DNA of 64,000 bases from NCBI GenBank assembly GCA_035569635.1, contig DATMMV010000078.1, positions 25,712 through 89,711 on the forward strand, read 5' to 3'. Below, piece by piece: positions 1-8,419 of this stretch. How positions within the stretch are numbered: the stretch's first letter is position 1; each line of letters begins with the position of its first letter. Made by a program: the position numbers and the translations under genes. Under the pieces are notes generated by a model, which worked only from the letters and a program-made list of their open reading frames with translations, did no database searches and had not been told where the DNA came from. The DNA comes from Bacteroidia bacterium. GTDB lineage: Bacteria > Bacteroidota > Bacteroidia > B-17B0 > Aurantibacillaceae.

Positions 1-1258
1 TTTTAAGATCGGCAGCGATTAGAATATTCGGGTCTTTCCAGTCCGTATTCCGCGAAATCGTCATGTAACTATATGCTATCCCCAGAACAAGCGCAACTAA
101 TTTTAAAGGGGGGATAATTTTTTTTGTACCCGATAGATAAGATTCAAGAAGAAAAATAATTGTTATACAAAATCCGAACGAACTGAAAAACACAAATCGA
201 TCAGCCACAATACCCACAGCAGGGCGGAAGAAATTAAGAAACATAGAAACAGAAGCGACAAACATAAATAAGCCGGCCAGTAATCCTTTTTTTTCCTTAC
301 GATAAGAATGAATTATTCCGTATAAAGTTGCTGCCGCAATAATTATTCCGGCGTAACCGTATATGGTTAAAGAAGTAACTTCAATACTATGTACGCCGTA
401 GTAACAGGATTGTTTAAAGGGAAAAACGCATTGCACAACATAAAACCCCAGGCAATTTAATAAAGCTATTGTGCGGATGGCAAAGCTCCTGTTAAAATAT
501 AAAGGGTTTTCAAAATAGCAATATCCCCGATCTGCAAGGCCGTGTAAAAAAAACTTTGTGGTTTGCCTGCTTAAAGCAAAAACCAGAATAAAAATGATAA
601 AACTAAAAACTAAAATTTTAAACCCGTTTTTAAATTTGATAAACACAAAAGCAGGCAGTATTGCGGCAAATGGAGTTGCGTCCAATTTAGAAAGAAGTGC
701 GAGGTAAAGAAAAACCGCGGCGAGAAAATAATTTAAGAAGAGATTTTTTTTATGCAGATGTGCTTTTAAAAGTATAATTGCAGCCAATAACGAAAAAATA
801 AAACTCAATAGAATATCGCGGTTTTTAAGGCTGGCAACGACCTCAGTGTGTATGGGTAAAAAAGCAAAGAGTAATATAATGTAAAGAGGAATTTTACTTT
901 TCGAGTCTTCCATAAACAAAACCAAGAAGTGATAAGCAAGCAGAAGACAGATGAGGTAGAAAACAATATTAAAAAAATGAGACATACCCGAATGTACTCC
1001 GAAGAACTGATGTTCTATCGCATAACTTATTTTTACCACCGGACGGTAATCATAAGCCTTTCCGGTATCATCGGTACCGTACCCGGAAGTGATAATTTCA
1101 GGAATGGCTTTTAAACCCGCGGATGCCGTACTACCTTTTTTGGTAACATAAGAATCGTCGAGCGAATAATCGTTGTAAAGCGTATTGGCATATAAGAAGA
1201 CCCCGGCGCAGATTATCAATATTCTCTCAAATGTAAAAAATCCGCGGATTTTACCCAT
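1..1258 (-). CDS. TMTC/PMT_2-like polytopic membrane glycosyltransferase, N-terminal 419 aa (3' end lies beyond the window)
   Basis: Hand translation of the minus strand from the ATG at 1258 gives MGKIRGFFTFERILIICAGVFLYANTLYNDYSLDD...LPIHTEVVASLKNRD. I checked every codon down to position 2 and found no stop. The sequence is co-linear with the N-terminus of the 24836..26878 protein (YINTIYNEFALDD...HPIHTEVVANMKSRDE). It is missing from the ORF track because it is truncated. Confidence 0.7.
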   Translation of the reverse strand, partial: MGKIRGFFTFERILIICAGVFLYANTLYNDYSLDDSYVTKKGSTASAGLKAIPEIITSGYGTDDTGKAYDYRPVVKISYAIEHQFFGVHSGMSHFFNIVFYLICLLLAYHFLVLFMEDSKSKIPLYIILLFAFLPIHTEVVASLKNRDILLSFIFSLLAAIILLKAHLHKKNLFLNYFLAAVFLYLALLSKLDATPFAAILPAFVFIKFKNGFKILVFSFIIFILVFALSRQTTKFFLHGLADRGYCYFENPLYFNRSFAIRTIALLNCLGFYVVQCVFPFKQSCYYGVHSIEVTSLTIYGYAGIIIAAATLYGIIHSYRKEKKGLLAGLFMFVASVSMFLNFFRPAVGIVADRFVFFSSFGFCITIIFLLESYLSGTKKIIPPLKLVALVLGIAYSYMTISRNTDWKDPNILIAADLK

Positions 1259-1290
1259 ACACAAAAATAATTTAAAAACCTCAATAACAC

Positions 1291-1298
1291 TATATTTG
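1291..1298 (+). promoter_or_regulatory. Bacteroidota -7 promoter box TAnnTTTG (TATATTTG)
   Basis: Exact motif 5 nt upstream of the ATG at 1303. Confidence 0.45.
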
Positions 1299-1302
1299 TG
1301 CT

Positions 1303-1482
1303 ATGTTTAATAAGGACTTAGACCCTGAAGATTTTTATTACAGTCCAGAGGGTTACATCATTTTCACTGAAAAATACCATTTGAAACGTGGTTTTTGCTG
1401 TAAAAGCGGATGTAAACATTGCCCTTATGGTTATAACAAAAAAACGGGTAATTTTGACAAGCCTAAACAAAACGAAAAATGA
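1303..1482 (+). CDS. small Cys-rich protein (59 aa), DUF5522-like
   Basis: Hand translation gives MFNKDLDPEDFYYSPEGYIIFTEKYHLKRGFCCKSGCKHCPYGYNKKTGNFDKPKQNEK*. It falls below the track's length cut-off. A TAtaTTTG box lies at 1291..1298. Its stop overlaps the hutU ORF start (ATGA at 1479..1482). The family assignment is from memory of the GxCCxxGCxHCPY motif. Confidence 0.6.
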   Translation: MFNKDLDPEDFYYSPEGYIIFTEKYHLKRGFCCKSGCKHCPYGYNKKTGNFDKPKQNEK

Positions 1483-3506
1483 TTAGTGAAGTAAAGAGCA
1501 TGACCACAATCGAATTTCAAAAAATAATTTTAACGGGTATCCCCACGGAATTACCTGATATAAAAACTTTCGATAAAAATTTAAATCACGCTCCCAAAAG
1601 AAAAGAAATATTAAATGCTCCCGAAAAAAAATTAGCTTTAAGAAACGCACTTCGTTATTTCGAAAAAAAACATCACCCTGTTTTGGTAAAAGAATTTGCT
1701 GAAGAATTGAAAACGTACGGACGCATTTACATGTATCGTTTTCGCCCTGACTATAAAATTTATGCGAGACCCATTAACGAGTACCCGCATAAAAGCAAGC
1801 AAGCTGCTGCAATTATGCATATGCTCAGTAATAATTTGGATTACGCGGTTGCGCAACATCCTCACGAATTAATTACTTATGGTGGCAACGGGGCTGTTTT
1901 TCAAAATTGGGCACAATATCTTTTGGTGATGCAATACCTCGCTACGATGACTGATGAGCAAACATTGGTGTTGTACAGCGGGCATCCTATGGGATTATTT
2001 CCTTCGCACAAAGACGCGCCGCGTGTGGTTATTACCAACGGAATGATGATACCCAATTACAGCAAGCCCGATGACTGGGAAAAATTTAATGCATTAGGCG
2101 TAACGCAATACGGACAAATGACCGCCGGAAGTTTTATGTACATAGGTCCGCAGGGAATTGTGCATGGAACAACTATTACCGTAATGAACGCAGCCAGAAA
2201 AATTTCTAAAAACGAAGAAGACAGAAAGGGAAAATTATTTGTTACCGCCGGTTTAGGAGGAATGAGTGGTGCACAACCCAAAGCAGCAAAAATAGCCGGA
2301 CTCGTTTCAGTAACTGCAGAGATAAATCCTAAAGCAACAAAAACAAGGCACTCGCAGGGTTGGGTTGATGAAGTTTTTGAAAATTTGGATGAGCTAATTG
2401 CAAGAATAAAAAAAGCAACTGCTGCAAAAGAGGCGATTTCATTGGCGTATCAGGGTAATGTGGTGGATTTGTGGGAGCGATTGGTAAAAGAAAATATAAA
2501 AGTTGATATCGGATCTGACCAAACTTCGTTACATAATCCGTGGGCGGGAGGATATTATCCTGCAGGATTGACTTATGAAGAGAGTAATAAAATGATGGCG
2601 GAGAATCCCGCGCAGTTTAAAACAGAGGTACAAAAAACTTTAGTGCGCCATGCAAACGCGGTAAATGCATTAGCTGGGAAGAACATGTATTTCTTCGATT
2701 ACGGAAACGCATTTTTATTGGAAGCGAGCAGGGCAGGGGCGGATATTGTAAATAAAGACGGTACTTTTAAATATAAAAGTTATGTGCAGGATATTTTGGG
2801 CCCGATGTGTTTTGATTATGGTTTTGGCCCCTTCAGGTGGGTGTGTACGAGCGCTGATGCAAACGATTTAAAAAAGACAGATGCAATTGCGTTGGGAGTT
2901 TTGGAGGATATGTACAAAACTGCTCCGGAAGAAATTAAACAGCAACTCAACGATAACATTGCATGGATAAAAGATGCTATGCAAAATAATTTGGTAGTGG
3001 GTTCGAAGGCACGCATTTTGTACGCCGACAGTGAAGCGCGTATACGCATTGCAGAAGGAATTAATAAAGCAATTAAGGAAGGAAAAATTTCTGCTCCCGT
3101 TGTTTTGGGCCGCGACCATCACGATGTAAGCGGAACAGATTCTCCTTACAGGGAAACAAGTAATATTTACGATGGCTCGCAATACACCGCCGATATGGCT
3201 GTGCAAAATTTTGTGGGCGATGCGTTTCGCGGGGCAACATGGATTAGTTTGCATAATGGGGGCGGTGTAGGTTGGGGCGAAGTAATTAACGGAGGTTTTG
3301 GCCTGGTGCTGGATGGCAGCGCCGATGCCGGGCGCAGATTAAAGCAAATGTTATTCTGGGATGTGAACAATGGTATTGCCCGCCGCGGTTGGGCACGTAA
3401 CAAAGAAGCTTTATTCGCTATAAAACGCGAAATGCAACGTACCCCCGATTTGAAAGTCACGTTGCCGAATTTGGTAGATGATGATTTGTTGGAGGGGTTG
3501 ATTTAA
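1479..3506 (+). CDS. hutU: urocanate hydratase
   Basis: 675 aa and full-length urocanase-like, with GGMSGAQPKA, HNPWAGGYYP and LHNGGGVGWGE motifs. The true start may be the ATG at 1500 (MTTIEFQ...). Confidence 0.95.
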   Translation: MISEVKSMTTIEFQKIILTGIPTELPDIKTFDKNLNHAPKRKEILNAPEKKLALRNALRYFEKKHHPVLVKEFAEELKTYGRIYMYRFRPDYKIYARPINEYPHKSKQAAAIMHMLSNNLDYAVAQHPHELITYGGNGAVFQNWAQYLLVMQYLATMTDEQTLVLYSGHPMGLFPSHKDAPRVVITNGMMIPNYSKPDDWEKFNALGVTQYGQMTAGSFMYIGPQGIVHGTTITVMNAARKISKNEEDRKGKLFVTAGLGGMSGAQPKAAKIAGLVSVTAEINPKATKTRHSQGWVDEVFENLDELIARIKKATAAKEAISLAYQGNVVDLWERLVKENIKVDIGSDQTSLHNPWAGGYYPAGLTYEESNKMMAENPAQFKTEVQKTLVRHANAVNALAGKNMYFFDYGNAFLLEASRAGADIVNKDGTFKYKSYVQDILGPMCFDYGFGPFRWVCTSADANDLKKTDAIALGVLEDMYKTAPEEIKQQLNDNIAWIKDAMQNNLVVGSKARILYADSEARIRIAEGINKAIKEGKISAPVVLGRDHHDVSGTDSPYRETSNIYDGSQYTADMAVQNFVGDAFRGATWISLHNGGGVGWGEVINGGFGLVLDGSADAGRRLKQMLFWDVNNGIARRGWARNKEALFAIKREMQRTPDLKVTLPNLVDDDLLEGLI

Positions 3507-3518
3507 TTTATTGCTGAA

Positions 3519-4085
3519 ATGAAATCTTCAAAACAAATTAAGGAGTCTATAACTAATATTGATTTTTCATTAAATCCTGACAATAGAACCGAATTTGAAA
3601 ATTGCTTGTTTACCGGTTGCACCTTTTCGGATTTGAAAAACCTGAGTTTTGAAGATTGTTTCTTTGAAAATTGTAATTTGAGTAATGTGCAATTTAAGAA
3701 CTGTAAAGTTCAGAATATTGAATTTAATGCCTGTAAATTGGTAGGTGCTAATTTTTCTCAGGCAAAGGATTTCGGTTTCTGTATAAAATTTGAAAATTGT
3801 AATCTTGATTATACTTCCTTTGATAAAAAGAAAGTGAATAAAAGTGTTTTTAAAAATTGCCGGATTCACGGTGCGAATTTTACACAGGCGGATTTATCAA
3901 AATCGCAATTCGTAAACTGTGATTTGTCAGACGCGCTTTTTGACAACACGAATTTGTCGGGTGTGGATTTTACAACAACAATTAATTTCTTAATTGACCC
4001 GGAAATGAATAATATTAAGAAGGCAAAGTTTTTGGCCCAAAGTCTGCCCGGACTTTTATACCGGCATGATATTGTAATTGTCTGA
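3519..4085 (+). CDS. pentapeptide repeat protein
   Basis: 188 aa with continuous 5-residue periodicity (NCLFTGCTFSDLKNLSFEDCFFENCNLSNVQFKNCKVQNIEFNACKLVGANFSQA...). It starts 12 nt after hutU. Confidence 0.8.
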   Translation: MKSSKQIKESITNIDFSLNPDNRTEFENCLFTGCTFSDLKNLSFEDCFFENCNLSNVQFKNCKVQNIEFNACKLVGANFSQAKDFGFCIKFENCNLDYTSFDKKKVNKSVFKNCRIHGANFTQADLSKSQFVNCDLSDALFDNTNLSGVDFTTTINFLIDPEMNNIKKAKFLAQSLPGLLYRHDIVIV

Positions 4086-4203
4086 TTTTATTTCACCCTG
4101 CATAATCTAAGAATTGCAGCGATTTTCTTCAAAACCACATTCTCCGTATTCCTGAAAAACCCTAAATTCTTTAATTACATGTGTGCTTAATGAAATTAAT
4201 TTT

Positions 4204-4211
4204 TAAATTTG
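4204..4211 (+). promoter_or_regulatory. -7 box TAAATTTG
   Basis: Exact motif 4 nt upstream of the ATG at 4215. Confidence 0.45.
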
Positions 4212-4214
4212 TTT

Positions 4215-5714
4215 ATGACTCTGAAAAATAATTTTTTTCTTTTCTTATTATCGTTTTGCTGTTTAAGCGCTTTTGCACAAGATAATTTGCAAACAGGCAA
4301 GGAACTTGAAGCAAGAGGAAAACATGAAGAAGCCATCAAAGCTTTTTCAAAATTTATTGAGGCCAATCCCAATAACGCCGACGGGTATTTGCAACGAGGC
4401 AATTCATATTCTGAATTAGATGGAGATAAAAACACAAACCATGCTTTAGATGATTATAACACCGCTATTAAATTAAATCCCGGCGATTCGAAAGGATATT
4501 ATAACCGTGGATTAATTTACATTGACTTGAAAAAATTCACTCTTGCTGAAGCCGACTTTAACAAAGCCCTTGAGCTGGGCGGTTCGGACGCAGATACCTA
4601 TTATTGTCGAGGTAATGCGTATGTGGAATTGAAAAATTTCGAAAAAGCCCTTGCTGATTTTACAAAAGCTATAGAGTTAAAGCCGGGCTTCGACAGTGCG
4701 TACTCGAATCGCGGAAATACCTGGTGTGAGTTGGGCGAACACAGGAAAGCAATTGATGATTACACCAAATCGCTTGAAATTAATCCACGCGCGGCAGATG
4801 TATACGGTAACCGGGGACTTGAATATGTTGATCTGGGAGAGTTTGAGAATGCCCTTATTGATTTTAAAAAAGCTATACTGGTGGATTCTGCTTACGAAGA
4901 TGCTTATGTAGGCTGTGGCAATGTGTATATAGAATTGAAAGATTTTAATCTCGCTGCTCAATATTATACAAAGGCGCTTGCAATTGATCCGAAAGATAGT
5001 GTTGCATATAATAATCGTGGCAATGCTTATTCAGAATTAAATGATACCGAAAGCGCACTTGCGGATTTCAACAAAGCAATAAAATTAGGCCCGCTTTATG
5101 CAGAAGCCTATTACAACCGAGGAAACTTATACGATGATCTGGAGCAATACCAAAAAGCTTTAATTGATTATAATATGGCAATTAAATTACTTCCGGATAC
5201 CGATTGTTACAACGGTAGGGGAAATGCTTATCTGGGTTTGGAAAAATGGCAATTGGCCATTGACGATTACAATCGCGCGCTTGCCATCAGTGCAAATTAC
5301 GAAAGCGCTTATGTGGGCAGAGCCGCTGCTTATGAAGGATTAAAACAATACGATTTAGCAATGAAAGATTGTAACACCGCAATTGGCTTAGACCCGAATG
5401 ATGCAATTGCCTGGTACAACCGCGGAGTTGCTTATGACGGACTATTGGAATACAGAAAAGCAATAGAGGATTATACAAAAGCTATTTCTCTCGACCCGAA
5501 ATACGAGGATGCTTATTATAACAGGGCGGGCGATTATGATGATATCAAAGAATATTCAAAAGCAATTGAAGATTACAGCCAACTCATTTTGTTAAACCCC
5601 GATGATCCTGATGCGTATTATAATCGTTCGATTACTTATGATAACCTCGATATGGGCGCCAAAGCCATGCAGGATATGGAAATGTACAGGAAGGTAAAAA
5701 AGAAAAAGAAATGA
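4215..5714 (+). CDS. secreted TPR repeat protein (about 13 tandem TPR units)
   Basis: Signal peptide (LLSFCCLSAFAQ) followed by repeated ...A..DY.KAI.L.P..A.AY.NRG..Y units. The track start at 4209 is TTG, so I prefer the ATG at 4215, just after the TAaaTTTG box at 4204..4211. Confidence 0.85.
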   Translation: MTLKNNFFLFLLSFCCLSAFAQDNLQTGKELEARGKHEEAIKAFSKFIEANPNNADGYLQRGNSYSELDGDKNTNHALDDYNTAIKLNPGDSKGYYNRGLIYIDLKKFTLAEADFNKALELGGSDADTYYCRGNAYVELKNFEKALADFTKAIELKPGFDSAYSNRGNTWCELGEHRKAIDDYTKSLEINPRAADVYGNRGLEYVDLGEFENALIDFKKAILVDSAYEDAYVGCGNVYIELKDFNLAAQYYTKALAIDPKDSVAYNNRGNAYSELNDTESALADFNKAIKLGPLYAEAYYNRGNLYDDLEQYQKALIDYNMAIKLLPDTDCYNGRGNAYLGLEKWQLAIDDYNRALAISANYESAYVGRAAAYEGLKQYDLAMKDCNTAIGLDPNDAIAWYNRGVAYDGLLEYRKAIEDYTKAISLDPKYEDAYYNRAGDYDDIKEYSKAIEDYSQLILLNPDDPDAYYNRSITYDNLDMGAKAMQDMEMYRKVKKKKK

Positions 5715-5781
5715 TAATTTCTTTCCGGAAATTCTTTATTCCTAAAAAATCATAAAATTGTTAAGCGGAAGCCAAATTTTG

Positions 5782-5789
5782 TAATTTTG
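5782..5789 (+). promoter_or_regulatory. -7 box TAATTTTG
   Basis: Exact motif 4 nt upstream of the ATG at 5793. Confidence 0.45.
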
Positions 5790-5792
5790 ATT

Positions 5793-6494
5793 ATGCGGGC
5801 AAAAATATTCTTTACAACAATTTTGACAGCAACTATGTTGAGCACATTTGCCCAAGATAGTGCGGCAACAAAAAAAATGTACCGCAACGAATTTGGGATT
5901 GACGCTACCGGATTTCTTAAGCAATTTCTTAATTTTAATCAGCAACAACAATTTTCAAATAGTTATTTTCCAACATACTATTTAACTTATAGAAGATATT
6001 TTAAATGTGGAAACATCAGGTTTGCTGCTGGTGGAGATTTTAGTAATGCAGAAGTTCCACCGGCATTTACCGGAGACAACAATAAATACCACAATATTTC
6101 ACAATCCGTAAATGCAAGAATTGGTTGGGAATTCGTTAATGAATTAAGTAAGCACTGGCTAGTGTATTACGGATTTGATTTTAGACCTTCAACTGTGTAC
6201 AGCAAAAATGATGCAACGTTTTGGAATGGAGGTTATGCGAGCGGCCGTGAAACCAAAACACAAATTTACGGACTCGCTCCGGTACTTGGATTTCGCTTTA
6301 AAATAACAGATAGATTAAGTATTTTAACCGAAGCAAGTTTTTCAATTAATACGCAAAAAGATATTCAAAGAACGTACTATACCCCGGTTTCAAGTTTATA
6401 TCCGGCCATGCCCGACGACGGGCCAAATACAACAAAGAAAATATTCAGCAGTTTCGGACAGCCGTTGTCTATTTTCATTGTGTTTAAGATTTAA
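5793..6494 (+). CDS. hypothetical secreted protein, possibly an outer-membrane beta-barrel
   Basis: Signal peptide (ILTATMLSTFAQ), alternating aromatic/hydrophilic strands and a C-terminal ...SIFIVFKI. The ATG at 5793 follows the TAatTTTG box at 5782..5789. Confidence 0.45.
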   Translation: MRAKIFFTTILTATMLSTFAQDSAATKKMYRNEFGIDATGFLKQFLNFNQQQQFSNSYFPTYYLTYRRYFKCGNIRFAAGGDFSNAEVPPAFTGDNNKYHNISQSVNARIGWEFVNELSKHWLVYYGFDFRPSTVYSKNDATFWNGGYASGRETKTQIYGLAPVLGFRFKITDRLSILTEASFSINTQKDIQRTYYTPVSSLYPAMPDDGPNTTKKIFSSFGQPLSIFIVFKI

Positions 6495-6499
6495 AAAAA

Positions 6500-6901
6500 C
6501 TACTTCACCCGGTAATAAATCCGGTAAGAGAATTGTTTTTTCTTTTCTTCGCGGGACTCTATTAGATTTATCGGAGTTATCATGTATATCACAATTCCGT
6601 AATCACCGATTTTGGTTTTTGTTTTGGTATACACGGGGTTTTTAATTTTTATAGTTTTGTTTGCAAAATCAAACCCCCAGCGGCCGGTGGCTTCTTCATC
6701 CTTTTCTTTTACAAATGAAGTAAAGGTATTGTTGTATTCAAAATTATAGGTAATGTAACGGGCATCGCTGCTTTTAATATGAATTGTATCACCTTTGGCC
6801 GTAACAATTTTTCGAAGTTCCCATTTGCCTACGTAATCTTTTGTTTGCGCGCTTAATGTTGAAAAAGCAAAAAGGCTGAGTGTTACAAAAAGTTTTTTCA
6901 T
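6500..6901 (-). CDS. hypothetical secreted protein, lipocalin-like
   Basis: 133 aa with a signal peptide (FAFSTLSAQ) and a YVGKWELRKI motif typical of small Bacteroidota lipocalin-like proteins. The family call is weak. Confidence 0.5.
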   Translation of the reverse strand: MKKLFVTLSLFAFSTLSAQTKDYVGKWELRKIVTAKGDTIHIKSSDARYITYNFEYNNTFTSFVKEKDEEATGRWGFDFANKTIKIKNPVYTKTKTKIGDYGIVIYMITPINLIESREEKKKQFSYRIYYRVK

Positions 6902-6924
6902 ATTATCTAATTTTTAGTTTTTGC

Positions 6925-7025
6925 CACAGATTTCGCGAGCTTTCACAGATTAAGAACACACGGATTTTTACTGCTTTTATCTATTATAAAATATAATCTG
7001 TAAAAGGAATCTGTGTAAATCCACG
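6925..7025. repeat. inverted cluster of CACAGAT-type heptamer words
   Basis: CACAGAT occurs at 6925 and 6944 and CACGGAT at 6959. The reverse words are ATCTGT at 6996, ATCTGTG at 7009 and ATCCACG at 7019. Confidence 0.7.
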
Positions 7026-7041
7026 TAGTCTGTAGCGTACT

Positions 7042-8379
7042 CTACAGAATATCCTTCACCAGAACATTTCCTTTATGTATAGTCAATACATTGTCAAAAT
7101 CATTCATTAATTTATGTATGGTTTCCAATTCTTTTGTAGAGTGTATGGGCATGTGATTAACACCTTTCGTTTCTATTTTATCCAGAATATATTTTACGGT
7201 AAGCTGCGTTTCAGAAACTCCGGGGTTATACGCCACATCTTTTTCCCGTTCGGTTTTTACTTCGGTAAAAACTCCTGTTTCCGTAAAATCAAAAACAATA
7301 ATCCGCGCCAATCTGACGGGCATATCCAGTTTGTTTGCAATTTCTTCGGCAGTCAGCGGTTTTTTTCCGTCGGTAAAATTTTTCACCACAAGGTTTGCAA
7401 CCAGTAAAGAAATTACCCGCTTGTATCTCGGGCTTATATTTTTTATTTCTGATTCCAGTTCGTAATGGTCAACATTCTGGTAAGCAAAAGCCAATTCAGC
7501 ACCAAATAACACAATAAACCAGCTATATTGAATCCAGATTAAAAAGAGGGGCAGGGCGGCAAAACTTCCGTACACGGCGTTATATTTAGAGGCACCGATT
7601 TGAAAACCGATATAAGCCCATTGCAAAATATCAAACGCAACCGCGCAGACAATTCCCGCTACAAAAGCCGCTTTAAATTTTACTTTGGTGTTGGGTAAGG
7701 TTATAAAAAGAAAAGTGAAAAGCCCTCCCATTAATATCAGGGAAAATAACTTCAGAATAATTTTGAAAACAAAACCAAGTTTACTCAGCCAAACAATACC
7801 CTCTGCCATTGAAACTTCGTGGTCCACAAAAATGGTAATGCTGCTGGTAATAAGAATTAAAACCGGCGCGAATAAAGTAATAGCAACGTAATCGGTTATA
7901 CGGCGGATAAATATGCGGCCTTTTTTTATCTGCCATATTTCGTTAAACGAATCTTCAATACTGCTAAGTAATTTTAATACAGTATAAATAATTAAAATAA
8001 CTCCCACCACGGCAATAATTCCGCCCTGTACTGTTTGCAGCATCCTGTCGGCAAAATCAAAAGCCTGGCTTAAAATATTTTTGTAAGAGCCTAAATCACG
8101 CAATAAATCCTGTTCTAATTTTTGTTTTAACCCGAATGCCTGCGCAATGGCAAACAAAAGTGCCAGCACCGGTACCAAAGCAAACATGATATAAAAAGTA
8201 AGCGCCGATGCTTTAACAAGGCATTTGTCTTCGTTAAAACCTTTTACAGCCAACACCATAATCCGTAATTGCCGTATTAAAAAACCTTGTTTCTTATCCA
8301 AGCGGCTTTCACGTATATGCCATATTTTGTACGTAAAAAAATGGATGGTGTTTTTTATAAAAGCAAACAGCTTCTTCAT
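7042..8379 (-). CDS. YihY/BrkB family membrane protein with a C-terminal cytoplasmic extension
   Basis: 445 aa with ASALTFYIMFALVPVLALLF and six or more TM segments typical of YihY. The last ~150 aa are soluble (LTAEEIANKLDMPVRLARIIVFDF...). Confidence 0.8.
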   Translation of the reverse strand: MKKLFAFIKNTIHFFTYKIWHIRESRLDKKQGFLIRQLRIMVLAVKGFNEDKCLVKASALTFYIMFALVPVLALLFAIAQAFGLKQKLEQDLLRDLGSYKNILSQAFDFADRMLQTVQGGIIAVVGVILIIYTVLKLLSSIEDSFNEIWQIKKGRIFIRRITDYVAITLFAPVLILITSSITIFVDHEVSMAEGIVWLSKLGFVFKIILKLFSLILMGGLFTFLFITLPNTKVKFKAAFVAGIVCAVAFDILQWAYIGFQIGASKYNAVYGSFAALPLFLIWIQYSWFIVLFGAELAFAYQNVDHYELESEIKNISPRYKRVISLLVANLVVKNFTDGKKPLTAEEIANKLDMPVRLARIIVFDFTETGVFTEVKTEREKDVAYNPGVSETQLTVKYILDKIETKGVNHMPIHSTKELETIHKLMNDFDNVLTIHKGNVLVKDIL

Positions 8380-8419
8380 ATCAGCCCAAATGTAACATCA
8401 TTTTTTTAATTTATTAAAT

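Noticed and set aside
4215-5714. Approximately 102-bp DNA periodicity.
   Set aside because: It is explained by tandem 34-residue TPR units of a single intact ORF. The copies are diverged at the nucleotide level, so this is not a DNA satellite.
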